64,000 nucleotides of DNA from Geopsychrobacteraceae bacterium (GCA_963662315.1 OY759353.1:3776001-3840000), one strand, 5' to 3'. Counted from the first letter of the stretch, positions 29,591 through 39,006 are shown. Translations and numbers: made by a program. The notes: generated by a model not told the origin, from the letters alone.

Positions 29591-31063
29591 TTACGACTCC
29601 TGTCCCTTGCCGGCGTGCCGACGCTTGAATATTCTGGTCAGCACGGTTGGTAGCAGTATTACCAACAGGGTCAGTAGCCACAGGGTCCGGCAGGTCGCAC
29701 TGGTATGGAGAATACTCAGGTTTCCGCCGCTAATGGCCAGAGCACGACGCAGGGTGTTTTCCATCATGGAACCAAGGACGAAGCCAAGCAGTAGCGGAGG
29801 CAGGGGGTAGCGGTAGTGCTCCAGCACATAACCGCAGAGCCCTAAAAACAGCATGATCAGCAGTGACAGCGAACTTTCGTTAATGGAAAAAACGCCGACG
29901 AAGGAGAGTACAATCAGCACGGGGGCGAATGCCCAGCCCGGTATCTCTTTGACTCTGGAGAAGAGACGGGTGATTGGCCAGTAAAGGCAGAGCAGCAGCA
30001 GGTTACCAAAGGCCATGGATAATAGCAGGCCCCAGATCAGTGGGGCGTGCTGGGCAAATAGCCCCGGCCCGGGAGTAATATTGTGCAGCAGCAGTGCGCC
30101 GAGCATGATTGCCGCCGTACCGCTGCCAGGTATTCCCAGGGCAAGGAGCGGAACCATGGCACCGCCGACTGCTGAGCTGTTGGCCGTTTCTTCAGCGACG
30201 ATCGCGCGCAGGCGTCCGCGCAGTTTGTCCTGTCCTGATGTAAAGATATTTTGTTCAATTTTGCGCCCGACCTGGCTGGCCAGAACGGCACCGCCGCCAG
30301 GAAGGATACCAATGATAAAGCCGATGATGGCAGAACGTAGCATGGCCCAGCGGCAGGCCAGCAACGAGATCTTATTAACCCTCAGTTGCTCAATCCTGAT
30401 CGAGGGCGATGAACCTTGGCCGGCTGGAGTAAGCAGTTCAAACAACTTGCTGATGACAAACAGACCAACGACGACAGTGGTAAATTCAATGCCATCGAAA
30501 AACTGTGGAACGCCCATGGTAAAGCGCATGGTTCCAGTGGTTGAATCAATGCCAATGGTGGCCATCATAATACCGATCACCAGGCTGACCACAGTTCGCA
30601 GGGGGGGGTGCCCGGCGCGTATCGATAAGGAGGCGAAGGCAAAAATGACCAAGGCAAAATATTCGGCAGGCCCAAAATTGATAACAATCTGCCTGATTAG
30701 GATAATGGAAATGAACATGCCGATAATGGCTGTTATCCCACCGCAAAATGAACCGATTCCGGCCAGGGTCTGAACCATGACCAGCTGTTTTTGTTCCGCG
30801 GCGTTGCTGGCGTGATAACCGGTTATCCCCTGACGCCCGAATTCAGCGGCGTAATAGGTAGTCAGCAGCAGAATCAGGGTCGATTCAATGGGCAGGGAAA
30901 AGGTGTGCGAGAGGGGCAGGAGCAGGGCCACGCCGTGGATGGCACGCAACCCCGAAATGGTACCAACCAGAGAGCCGAGGAGCACACCGATAATGATCAT
31001 GGCCAGGTTTAAGGCTGAGAATGCCAGTTGCCAGCCATGGCCGATTTCAGACCAGAATTCCAT
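29591..31063 (-). CDS. tctA: Tripartite tricarboxylate transporter large subunit, divergent copy (TctA1)
   Basis: IGILPGGG, PLLALGIPGSG, ITPGP, ENTLRRAL retained; first-repeat motifs altered. Confidence 0.85.
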   Translation of the reverse strand: MEFWSEIGHGWQLAFSALNLAMIIIGVLLGSLVGTISGLRAIHGVALLLPLSHTFSLPIESTLILLLTTYYAAEFGRQGITGYHASNAAEQKQLVMVQTLAGIGSFCGGITAIIGMFISIILIRQIVINFGPAEYFALVIFAFASLSIRAGHPPLRTVVSLVIGIMMATIGIDSTTGTMRFTMGVPQFFDGIEFTTVVVGLFVISKLFELLTPAGQGSSPSIRIEQLRVNKISLLACRWAMLRSAIIGFIIGILPGGGAVLASQVGRKIEQNIFTSGQDKLRGRLRAIVAEETANSSAVGGAMVPLLALGIPGSGTAAIMLGALLLHNITPGPGLFAQHAPLIWGLLLSMAFGNLLLLCLYWPITRLFSRVKEIPGWAFAPVLIVLSFVGVFSINESSLSLLIMLFLGLCGYVLEHYRYPLPPLLLGFVLGSMMENTLRRALAISGGNLSILHTSATCRTLWLLTLLVILLPTVLTRIFKRRHAGKGQES

Positions 31064-31066
31064 TGT

Positions 31067-31507
31067 TTAGTTTACCCCGTAGGTAAAAATAGCGCCGAGG
31101 GGCAGAGGGGTGTTCAGCAGGAAGTTGAACAAGCCATAACAGATAACCGATAAAATCAGTGCGGTCATCAGTCCCTGCATCCAGGAGCAGCGGTACAGTC
31201 GTGAAGCCAGGTAGATACTGATGGTGGTCGCCAACAGAAAACCAAGCAGGTTCCAGGTCGCCTGATAAAAAAGCAGGATAATGGTGAGCCAGATCCCTCG
31301 CCCCCAACCCGGAGCCTGGGCCAGTTTGACCTGTTGAGGGTAAATCAGCAAGATCAGGGTGAGAACGATCAGGCTGCCGGCTAAAAACAATGGTACCGGC
31401 TTGGGACCGAGGGGATCATAACTGAACGGAGCGCCATAGTTCTGTGCTGCAGCGCCATAAATCAGGCCGATAATCAATAATAATAATGACAGAATCCGGT
31501 CGCTCAT
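31067..31507 (-). CDS. tctB: Tripartite tricarboxylate transporter small subunit (TctB1)
   Basis: DPLGPK..P, LGFLLAT, LNTPLPLG; 4-5 TM. Confidence 0.88.
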   Translation of the reverse strand: MSDRILSLLLLIIGLIYGAAAQNYGAPFSYDPLGPKPVPLFLAGSLIVLTLILLIYPQQVKLAQAPGWGRGIWLTIILLFYQATWNLLGFLLATTISIYLASRLYRCSWMQGLMTALILSVICYGLFNFLLNTPLPLGAIFTYGVN

Positions 31508-32484
31508 TGAATCAGTCCGATGCCGACAGCAAGTTCCTTTTGTTTGGCGACGGTTTCTTCAACAAAGTGCGAAAAGTCGGATCCCAGAATGGTGAACGGG
31601 TAAAGGCCAAGCGCATCCCGCTGTTCTTGAAATTCTACGGTCCTGGTCAGACGCTTCAACGTGTTGACCCACCATTGATAGCTTTCGTCGCTCACTTGTG
31701 GCCCCATATAAAACCCACGCCAGATTGTCCAATCAACAAGATAGCCCTGTTCTCTGGCGGTGGGAATGTTGGCATAGATGTCGGGGAGTCGGTGGTCTGC
31801 CAGAACCGCCAAAATTTTAATCTTGCCTTCGGCAAATGCGACTTTAAGTTCCGCGGCATCGCCTGGGAAGATATCAATATAGCCGTTGAGCAAGGCTTCA
31901 GTGGCGTCCTTGGGGCCCTCAAAACCGACATAACGGATGCGCGACGGATCAATACCCCCTTCCTGAACCAATAGGGCTGCTTTCATCCAGTCCTGGCTGC
32001 CGATGGAGCCACTGCCGCCGAGACTGATGGCAAACGGAGCGTTGCGCAGTTTGACAATCAGATCATTCAAAGAATTCCATACCGAGTCATGGCGCACGGC
32101 GATGACACCGTAATCCGCTGCCAGTGCTCCCAGCCAACGCACGTCATTGACACTGTAATTGCCGAATTTCTGGGTCGCGATATTAAGTGCTGATCCGGAA
32201 CTGGTGGCCACAATCAGTTGCGGGTCGTTGTTGCGGATACCGATAACATGGTTATAAGCCACAGCACCGATTCCTCCGGTTTTGTAGCGTATCGTCATGG
32301 GCGTGTCGATCAGGTTGCTGGCCAGTAGCGCCTTGGCTACCAACTGGCAGCTGAGGTCCATGCCCCCGCCAGCTTTGGCAGCGACCAGACATTCCGTCTG
32401 GTCTGCCTGAAAGGCAACAGCGATAGTGCTGTAAAATTGAGAGGTTGAAACGAGAGTTGCCAATAGAAGCAGAAGTTTTTTCAT
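31504..32484 (-). CDS. tctC: Tripartite tricarboxylate transporter binding protein (TctC1)
   Basis: Start moved to ATG 32484 (MKKLLLL signal peptide); AKAGGGMD, GSQDWMK, PTAREQG, WRG. Confidence 0.88.
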   Translation of the reverse strand: MKKLLLLLATLVSTSQFYSTIAVAFQADQTECLVAAKAGGGMDLSCQLVAKALLASNLIDTPMTIRYKTGGIGAVAYNHVIGIRNNDPQLIVATSSGSALNIATQKFGNYSVNDVRWLGALAADYGVIAVRHDSVWNSLNDLIVKLRNAPFAISLGGSGSIGSQDWMKAALLVQEGGIDPSRIRYVGFEGPKDATEALLNGYIDIFPGDAAELKVAFAEGKIKILAVLADHRLPDIYANIPTAREQGYLVDWTIWRGFYMGPQVSDESYQWWVNTLKRLTRTVEFQEQRDALGLYPFTILGSDFSHFVEETVAKQKELAVGIGLIQ

Positions 32485-32499
32485 CGGATCCCAGCTGGT

Positions 32500-32553
32500 T
32501 TCAAAAAGAACAAAAAGAACTTTAAAAACAGAAAAAACCTTTAGTTCCATAAC
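32500..32553. promoter_or_regulatory. 9-bp-periodic A-rich array, candidate CitB-family operator
   Basis: C at 32502, 32511, 32520, 32529, 32538, 32547; units CAAAAAGAA, CAAAAAGAA, CTTTAAAAA, CAGAAAAAA; lies between the divergent tct operons. Confidence 0.55.
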
Positions 32554-32770
32554 ATTTACAGAATACTAACATCCGGTTATCTATAAAACAATAATTGAAA
32601 GCGGTGGCTGGAAAACAGTGGTTTGTGGGCCGAATCGGTAACCTTGTAATGGATAATTCTGAAGATGAAACGTTTTGTTCTTGAGGTTTCTTTTTGGTGC
32701 AAAAGCTGCTGCCTAAAACTGTGCCCGTGTTAGTGGGCCAAACTCATTTTCGTTACGAGGAGGTAGGACT

Positions 32771-33742
32771 ATGAAGTTGGTTAAAGTTGTTGCTCTTGGT
32801 TTTCTCGCCTGTTGCCTAGCAACACTGCCGGCGTTTGCGGCGGGCATTGAAAAACCAGAGTGTATTGCCCCAGCCAAACCTGGTGGTGGGTTTGACCTGA
32901 CGTGCCGGGTCGCTCAGATTGGTCTTAAAGACCACATGCCTAAGCTGATGCAGGTTACCTTCATGCCGGGCGGTATTGGTGCCGTTGCTTTTAACCTGTT
33001 CAACTCGACCCGGACTGATGATCCGAATGCCATCGTTGCGTTCTCTTCCGGCTCTCTGCTTAATATCGCGACCGGTAAATATGGTAAATGGAGCGCTGAT
33101 GACGTGCGTTGGCTGGCAACTGCCGGGGCTGATTTCGGTGCTATCGTCGTTAAGGGCGACAGTCCTTACAAGACGCTTGACGATCTTATGGCTGAATTCA
33201 AAAAGAGTGAGAGCAGTCTGGTCGTAGGTGCCGGTGGTTCTGTCGGTAGCCAGGACTGGATGAAGGCTGCTTTGTTACTTAAATCGGTCGGCAAAGATCC
33301 GCGTAAAATGCGTTATGTTGCTTTTGATGGTGGTGGCGATGCTATTGCCGGACTGCTTGGTGGCAGCATCCAGGTTTATACTGGTGATGTCGGTGAGATG
33401 GTTTCCCACCTTGGTACCGGTTCCATGCGGATTCTTGCTGTCATGTCCGACAAGCGTTTGCCTGAACCTTTTGCTGATATCCCAACCGCTAAAGAACTTG
33501 GTTATGATGCTGAGTGGGTCATTATGCGCGGTTATTACATGGGTAAGAATGTTTCCGATGAAGCTTACAATGCTTGGGCTGATGCCTTCAAGGCGGCTTA
33601 CAAAACCGAAGAGTTTGCCAAAATTCAACAGGAAAAAGGTCTCCTGCCTCTGAATATGGCCGGCGAAGAATTCAATCAGGATGTTAAAAAACGCGTTGCC
33701 AAGATGCGTGAAATTGCTAAGGAAGCAGGTTTGATCAAGTAA
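32771..33742 (+). CDS. tctC: Tripartite tricarboxylate transporter binding protein (TctC2)
   Basis: Signal peptide; PAKPGGGFDLTCR, GSQDWMK, FDGGG, PTAKELG; GAGGAGG SD. Confidence 0.93.
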   Translation: MKLVKVVALGFLACCLATLPAFAAGIEKPECIAPAKPGGGFDLTCRVAQIGLKDHMPKLMQVTFMPGGIGAVAFNLFNSTRTDDPNAIVAFSSGSLLNIATGKYGKWSADDVRWLATAGADFGAIVVKGDSPYKTLDDLMAEFKKSESSLVVGAGGSVGSQDWMKAALLLKSVGKDPRKMRYVAFDGGGDAIAGLLGGSIQVYTGDVGEMVSHLGTGSMRILAVMSDKRLPEPFADIPTAKELGYDAEWVIMRGYYMGKNVSDEAYNAWADAFKAAYKTEEFAKIQQEKGLLPLNMAGEEFNQDVKKRVAKMREIAKEAGLIK

Positions 33743-33769
33743 TTTTGATTGTTTATTGAACGAGCATGA

Positions 33770-33807
33770 TAGTGGTGCCGGCTGTCTGTGAGCTGCCGGT
33801 ACCGCTA
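33770..33807 (+). other. Intergenic stem-loop after tctC2 (likely mRNA-stabilising element)
   Basis: TAGTGGTGCCGGC / GCCGGTACCGCTA with no U tract. Confidence 0.5.
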
Positions 33808-33818
33808 CGGAGAATGAG

Positions 33819-34259
33819 ATGGCTGATAGAATTTTTGGAACGGTTATTCTGCTGGTGACGCTGGCGTATGGGTTTGTCGCCTTTACCGTGATTGAGGCTC
33901 CTTTTCAATATGACCCACTGGGACCGGAAAGTTGGCCGCGGATATTGGCTGTTTGTGCCGGGTTATGTGCTTTGTACGTAATGATTCGGCCGGATGACCT
34001 GAAGTTTAACGTGGCCAATAATGTTTTGACCCGGATTGGAATTGTTGTTGTCATGCTGGCTGCGTATGCTCACTTTTATGAGCCCGCCGGGTTTATTGTG
34101 GCGACGACGATTTTTTGCGCGGTCTTTTCAAAATTGTTCGGTGCCAGCTACAAGGAGTCCGTGCTGTTCGGTATCGGTACCGGTGTGCTGGGGTATATCC
34201 TGTGTGCCCTGCTACTTGATCTGAACTTGCCGAAGGGCATCCTGGAAGCGATTTTGTGA
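33819..34259 (+). CDS. tctB: Tripartite tricarboxylate transporter small subunit (TctB2)
   Basis: YDPLGPESWP, GFIVAT, LDLNLPKG. Confidence 0.92.
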   Translation: MADRIFGTVILLVTLAYGFVAFTVIEAPFQYDPLGPESWPRILAVCAGLCALYVMIRPDDLKFNVANNVLTRIGIVVVMLAAYAHFYEPAGFIVATTIFCAVFSKLFGASYKESVLFGIGTGVLGYILCALLLDLNLPKGILEAIL

Positions 34260-34266
34260 GGTTGAC

Positions 34267-35763
34267 ATGTTTGATGTGTTTGGAAATTTAGGTCAAGGAT
34301 TCGCGGTTGCCCTGCAACCGATGAACTTTCTGTACGTCATTATCGGTTGTATGTCGGGAACCTTGATCGGCGCTCTGCCTGGCATCGGACCGATTAACGG
34401 GGTTGCCATTCTGTTGCCTATCGCTTTCAGTGCCGGTCTGCCACCTGAATCGGCCCTGATTCTGCTGGCCGGTATCTATTACGGTGCTGAATATGGCGGG
34501 CGGATCTCTTCAATTCTGCTCAATGTCCCAGGGGATGCCGGTGCGGTTTTCACCACCCTTGATGGTAACCCGATGGCGAAGAATGGCGAGGCTGGCCGGG
34601 CGCTGTCCCTGTCTGCGGTAGCGTCATTTCTGGGCGGGACTTTTGCCGTTGTCCTGATGACTCTGTTCGGTCCGTTGCTGGCTTCGGTGGCGATCAAGTT
34701 CAATCCGTCCGACTACGTGGCCCTGATGGTGTTCGCTTTTACCTGCCTGTCATCACTGGTTGGTAAAAATCCGGTCAAAACCCTGTTAGGTGCCATCATG
34801 GGCTTTATGATCACCACGATCGGGATTGATGCGAACACGGGTGTTCCGCGCTTTACCTTTGATGTTCCGGACCTGCTTTCCGGTATCGATTTCCTGATTA
34901 TTGTTATCGGGCTGTTCGGTATGGCTGAGCTGATTCACCTGGTTGAACAACAGATTATGGGTAAACTTGAGGTTCTGCCGATCGGAAAGAGTTTCGTCTC
35001 CTGGGCTGATATCAAAAAGATTAAATGGACCATATTACGCAGCTCGCTGATCGGTTTTTTTATCGGTGTTCTGCCGGGTACCGGAGCTTCGGTTGCTTCT
35101 GCTGTTACCTACGGGACTGAGAAACGTCTGGCTGGTGAAGAAGGTAAGTATTTCGGCACCGGTGATGTCCGCGGCCTGGCTGCTCCAGAGGCGGCTAATA
35201 ACGCCTCTGCCGGTGGCGCAATGGTGCCGATGCTGACCCTTGGTATTCCAGGGTCGGGAACCACGGCCATCTTGCTGGGAGCCTTGTTGCTGTTCAACGT
35301 GACTCCCGGTCCGCTGATGTTCCAGAATCGTCCGGAAATCGCCTGGGGCCTGATCGCCTCCATGTATATCGGTAACATTGCCCTGCTGGTTATCAACCTG
35401 CCCATGGTCGGGTTGTTTGCCCGCTTGTTGACGATTCCCCAGAAATATCTGACTCCGTTGATCGCCGTGCTGGCCTTTGTCGGTATCTACTCCGTCGTCA
35501 GCAATCCCTTTGATCTTTACATGATTATCGGTCTCGGCGTGTTCGGTTGGCTGCTGCGCAAGTTACAGTTCTCCCTGGCTCCGGTTATTCTCGGTGTCGT
35601 TCTCGGCAATATTTTTGAAGATAACTTAAGACGTGCTTTGTCGATCTCTGCCGGGGACTGGTCGATTCTGTTCGATACTCCGTCAAGCATTGTCCTGTAC
35701 ATCATGGCTTTCCTGATTGTTTTTGCACCAATGCTGCTGGGTCGTGTTCTTAAAAAAGCATAA
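34267..35763 (+). CDS. tctA: Tripartite tricarboxylate transporter large subunit, canonical copy (TctA2)
   Basis: GALPGIG, YGGRISSILLNVPG, TTLDGNPMA, APEAANNA, LTLGIPGS. Confidence 0.95.
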   Translation: MFDVFGNLGQGFAVALQPMNFLYVIIGCMSGTLIGALPGIGPINGVAILLPIAFSAGLPPESALILLAGIYYGAEYGGRISSILLNVPGDAGAVFTTLDGNPMAKNGEAGRALSLSAVASFLGGTFAVVLMTLFGPLLASVAIKFNPSDYVALMVFAFTCLSSLVGKNPVKTLLGAIMGFMITTIGIDANTGVPRFTFDVPDLLSGIDFLIIVIGLFGMAELIHLVEQQIMGKLEVLPIGKSFVSWADIKKIKWTILRSSLIGFFIGVLPGTGASVASAVTYGTEKRLAGEEGKYFGTGDVRGLAAPEAANNASAGGAMVPMLTLGIPGSGTTAILLGALLLFNVTPGPLMFQNRPEIAWGLIASMYIGNIALLVINLPMVGLFARLLTIPQKYLTPLIAVLAFVGIYSVVSNPFDLYMIIGLGVFGWLLRKLQFSLAPVILGVVLGNIFEDNLRRALSISAGDWSILFDTPSSIVLYIMAFLIVFAPMLLGRVLKKA

Positions 35764-35943
35764 TCGTTTATCTGGTGGTACTGTCGGTTGGAAAAATCGG
35801 CAGTGCCACCTGCTTGCAGGTCTTGGCTCAATGCGGGCTTTGCCCTGACAATTCATCTGATCTTATCTTCTTTAGTACGTTTCTTGTGTGTCAATAAATA
35901 TCGCTGTCTGAATTTACTCATAACTATTTCAAGGAGCATGTTC

Positions 35944-36435
35944 ATGGCTGAGAACGTAAACCCATTTAAAACAGCTGACCTTTTTGATGATCATGGCGAT
36001 CGGCTCCAGGTATGTGAACCTTTGTTTTGCGACTATGGTGGTAATAAGTCCTTTTGTGGGCCTATCGTAACCATTAAATGTTTTGAAGATAATTCTCTGG
36101 TTGGCGATACTCTTGGTACTCCTGGCAATGGGCAGGTCCTGGTCGTTGATGCCGGTGGCTCAAAGCGTTGTGCGATGCTGGGGGATCGTCTGGCTCAAAA
36201 GGGGGTCGATAACGGCTGGGCCGGAGTTCTCATGTTTGGCTGTATCAGAGATGCCGAAGATATAGGCACCATGCCCCTGGGGGTTAAGGCTCTGGCGACC
36301 ATGCCGCGCAAGAGTATCAAAAAGGGTATTGGAGAAAAAGATCTGGAGGTGTGCTTCGCCGGGGTGACCTTTCGCAGCGGCGAATGGCTTTACGCGGACC
36401 GGGACGGGATAGTCGTCAGTAAAGTGAGGCTCTGA
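35944..36435 (+). CDS. rraA: RraA/HMG-aldolase family protein
   Basis: Start moved to ATG 35944 (AAGGAG SD); TADLFD, CFEDNS, VLVVDAGGS, GCIRD, YADRDG. Confidence 0.9.
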   Translation: MAENVNPFKTADLFDDHGDRLQVCEPLFCDYGGNKSFCGPIVTIKCFEDNSLVGDTLGTPGNGQVLVVDAGGSKRCAMLGDRLAQKGVDNGWAGVLMFGCIRDAEDIGTMPLGVKALATMPRKSIKKGIGEKDLEVCFAGVTFRSGEWLYADRDGIVVSKVRL

Positions 36436-36613
36436 GAGATTTCTCACGGCTGCTGAGCGATTATCGGAAATTTCTTTGTGGATATTCTTGATGTGACAGG
36501 CATTGCCCTGTAAGATGAGCGAACACTGAGAAGACAACGGCTGATGTGTTGGGCCGTTGTCTTTTAGCTGAGGGTTGCTGAGAAATTCGTGTCCACAGAG
36601 AGTTATCTACAAC

Positions 36614-38299
36614 ATGATTCACACTTTTGATCTTTTACAGCAGATGGCAATCTTTCTATTAATTGCCTATCTGTTCAGCAAATCCCCTGCCTTTAAACCC
36701 CTGGTTGCCGACGCTCTTCTGCTTAAGCACAAGATCCTGCTGTTTATCTTCTTCTCAGGTTTTTCCATTCTTGGAACCTATATCGGTTTGCCCGTTCACA
36801 ATGCGGTTTTTAACACAAGTGCTATTGGCAATGTCATCTCCGGCATGATCGGCGGGCCGATTCTCGGATTGGGGACTGGTATTATAAGCGGTTTGTTTGG
36901 CATTCTGCTTGGGAACTATTCAAGTGTTTCTTTTGCTCTGGCCAGTTCGGCGGTTGCGCAGGGGCTGTTGGGGGGAGGCGTTCATCTGGTGATGATGCGC
37001 AAAAATCAGTCGGAACAGCTTTTTTATCCGGGGGTGGCTATGGTTACTGCCTTGTCCGGCGCTATTCTGCAACTGATCATATTGCGCCTTTTTCTGCAGC
37101 CGGGCAGCGAAGATTGGCGTGTCGTTCATGCGTTTGCCCTGCCATTGTTGTCGGCCAATGCTCTTGGGGCAGCGTTATTCATGACCATGATGCGGGACCA
37201 GAAAACCATGCTCGACAAAGTCGGTGCCATGTTTTCTGCCAAGGCGCTGAATATTGCTGAACGCAGCCTGGGAATACTGAGCCAGGGGTTTACCCCGGAG
37301 ACGGCACATCGTCTGGCTGAAATTATTTATGATGAAACCGGTGTCGGGGCCGTTGGTATCAGTGATCGTGAAACGACCCTGGCTTTTGTTGGTGAGGGAT
37401 CCGATCACCATCGCCCCGGGTTGTCCATCGCTTCATCCAAAACACGGGAAGCGATTCGCGATAACAAGGTCATCTATTCCGATGGGGTCCACGAGAAGTT
37501 TACCTGTGCCCTGCGTGACGATTGCCCCTTGGGCTCTGCTCTGATTGTCCCCTTGCGTGCCGATAATGAGGTTGTCGGGACCATCAAGTTGTATGAGCCG
37601 AAACATAAACTGTTTTTGAATCTGAACAAAACTCTGGGCGAAGGGATCGCCCGCTTGCTTTCGGAACAGTTGCTGCGCGATCGCTATGAAAATCAGAAAA
37701 ACTTGCTGGTTAAATCAGAACTCAAACTGATTCAGGCGCAGGTTAACCCACATTTTCTGTTTAACGCTCTTAATACCATTGTGGCCGTGGTGCGTAAGGA
37801 TCCTGATCAGGCGCGCAGCCTGCTGCTCCATTTGTCCAATTATTTTCGTAAGAATCTTAAGCGATCCAGTGATTTGGCCACATTGGAAGAAGAGTTGGAT
37901 CACGTTAACTCCTATCTGGTTATTCAGAAAGCACGCTTTGGGGAGAAGTTGCTGATCGAGCAGGATATCGACCCGCAGCTGTTAAAAACCAAAGTTCCCA
38001 CTTTTACTTTGCAGCCGATTGTAGAAAATGCTATCAAACACGGCATTTCCAATATGCTCGATGCTGGTAAAGTGAAGATCGCCGCCCGCCGAGAGGGTGG
38101 AAAAATCTATATCGAGATCACTGATGACGCCGGTGCCTATTGTGAAAAACTCAGGACTGACGGCCTTGGTATGAATATTGTTGATAAGCGAATTAAGAAT
38201 CTCTATGGCAGCCATTACGGGACAGCAATCTCTTGCATTCCCGATGAAATGACCAGGGTCTCACTGATTCTGCCGGATAAAAACGGAGTAAGCAAATGA
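36614..38299 (+). CDS. LytS/BtsS(YehU)-family sensor histidine kinase
   Basis: 5TM-5TMR_LYT domain (LLQQM), GAF, QAQVNPHFLFNALNT, LQPIVENAIKHG; start at ATG 36614 preferred. Confidence 0.92.
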   Translation: MIHTFDLLQQMAIFLLIAYLFSKSPAFKPLVADALLLKHKILLFIFFSGFSILGTYIGLPVHNAVFNTSAIGNVISGMIGGPILGLGTGIISGLFGILLGNYSSVSFALASSAVAQGLLGGGVHLVMMRKNQSEQLFYPGVAMVTALSGAILQLIILRLFLQPGSEDWRVVHAFALPLLSANALGAALFMTMMRDQKTMLDKVGAMFSAKALNIAERSLGILSQGFTPETAHRLAEIIYDETGVGAVGISDRETTLAFVGEGSDHHRPGLSIASSKTREAIRDNKVIYSDGVHEKFTCALRDDCPLGSALIVPLRADNEVVGTIKLYEPKHKLFLNLNKTLGEGIARLLSEQLLRDRYENQKNLLVKSELKLIQAQVNPHFLFNALNTIVAVVRKDPDQARSLLLHLSNYFRKNLKRSSDLATLEEELDHVNSYLVIQKARFGEKLLIEQDIDPQLLKTKVPTFTLQPIVENAIKHGISNMLDAGKVKIAARREGGKIYIEITDDAGAYCEKLRTDGLGMNIVDKRIKNLYGSHYGTAISCIPDEMTRVSLILPDKNGVSK

Positions 38300-39006
38300 T
38301 CAGAGTGTTAATCGTCGATGATGAATCACACGCACGCGAAGAACTGGCGGTGTTACTGGAAGATATCGGCGGTGTTGAAATTGTCGGCAGCTGTGCCAAT
38401 GCCATGGAAGCGATTCGCATGGTTAATCATGAGAAGCCTGATGTCGTTTTCCTGGATATTAAGATGCCGGTTCTGGACGGCTTTGATCTGCTGGGCATGA
38501 TTGAAGAAGAGGTCATGCCATATATCGTTTTTGTAACGGCATTTGATGAGTACGCGTTAAAATCCTTTGAGGAGAAGACCCTCGATTATCTGCTGAAACC
38601 GGTCGACCCTGAGCATCTGGGGCGGGCTATGCAGAAGATTCGTAATGCCGTTGCCAGTAACCAGTCGCCTAATTATCAGATCCCGCAATTGACGCGGATT
38701 CCCTGTATCAGCGGTCATAAAATTAAGCTGGTAAACCCTGAAAATGTTGAATATGCGCATTCTGATATCAGTGGTGTTCACGTTTATATCGCGGATGGTG
38801 GCTACTTTACCGAACTCACGCTGAAGGTGCTCGAAGGACGGGCCGGCTATCTTCGTTGTCATAAACAATATCTGGTAAATCCACGTTTTGTAGATGAAAT
38901 TGTTACCCAGGAAAATGGCCTCGCTGAAATCAAAACACACAGCGGTTACACCCTGCCGGTAAGCAGGCGTTATCTGCGTAAATTGAAGGATGCGTTCGGT
39001 CTTTAA
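38296..39006 (+). CDS. btsR: LytTR response regulator (BtsR/YehT-like)
   Basis: VDDE, FLDIKMP, VTAFDEYA, TELTLKVLE, RCHKQYLVN, PVSRRY. Confidence 0.88.
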   Translation: MIRVLIVDDESHAREELAVLLEDIGGVEIVGSCANAMEAIRMVNHEKPDVVFLDIKMPVLDGFDLLGMIEEEVMPYIVFVTAFDEYALKSFEEKTLDYLLKPVDPEHLGRAMQKIRNAVASNQSPNYQIPQLTRIPCISGHKIKLVNPENVEYAHSDISGVHVYIADGGYFTELTLKVLEGRAGYLRCHKQYLVNPRFVDEIVTQENGLAEIKTHSGYTLPVSRRYLRKLKDAFGL

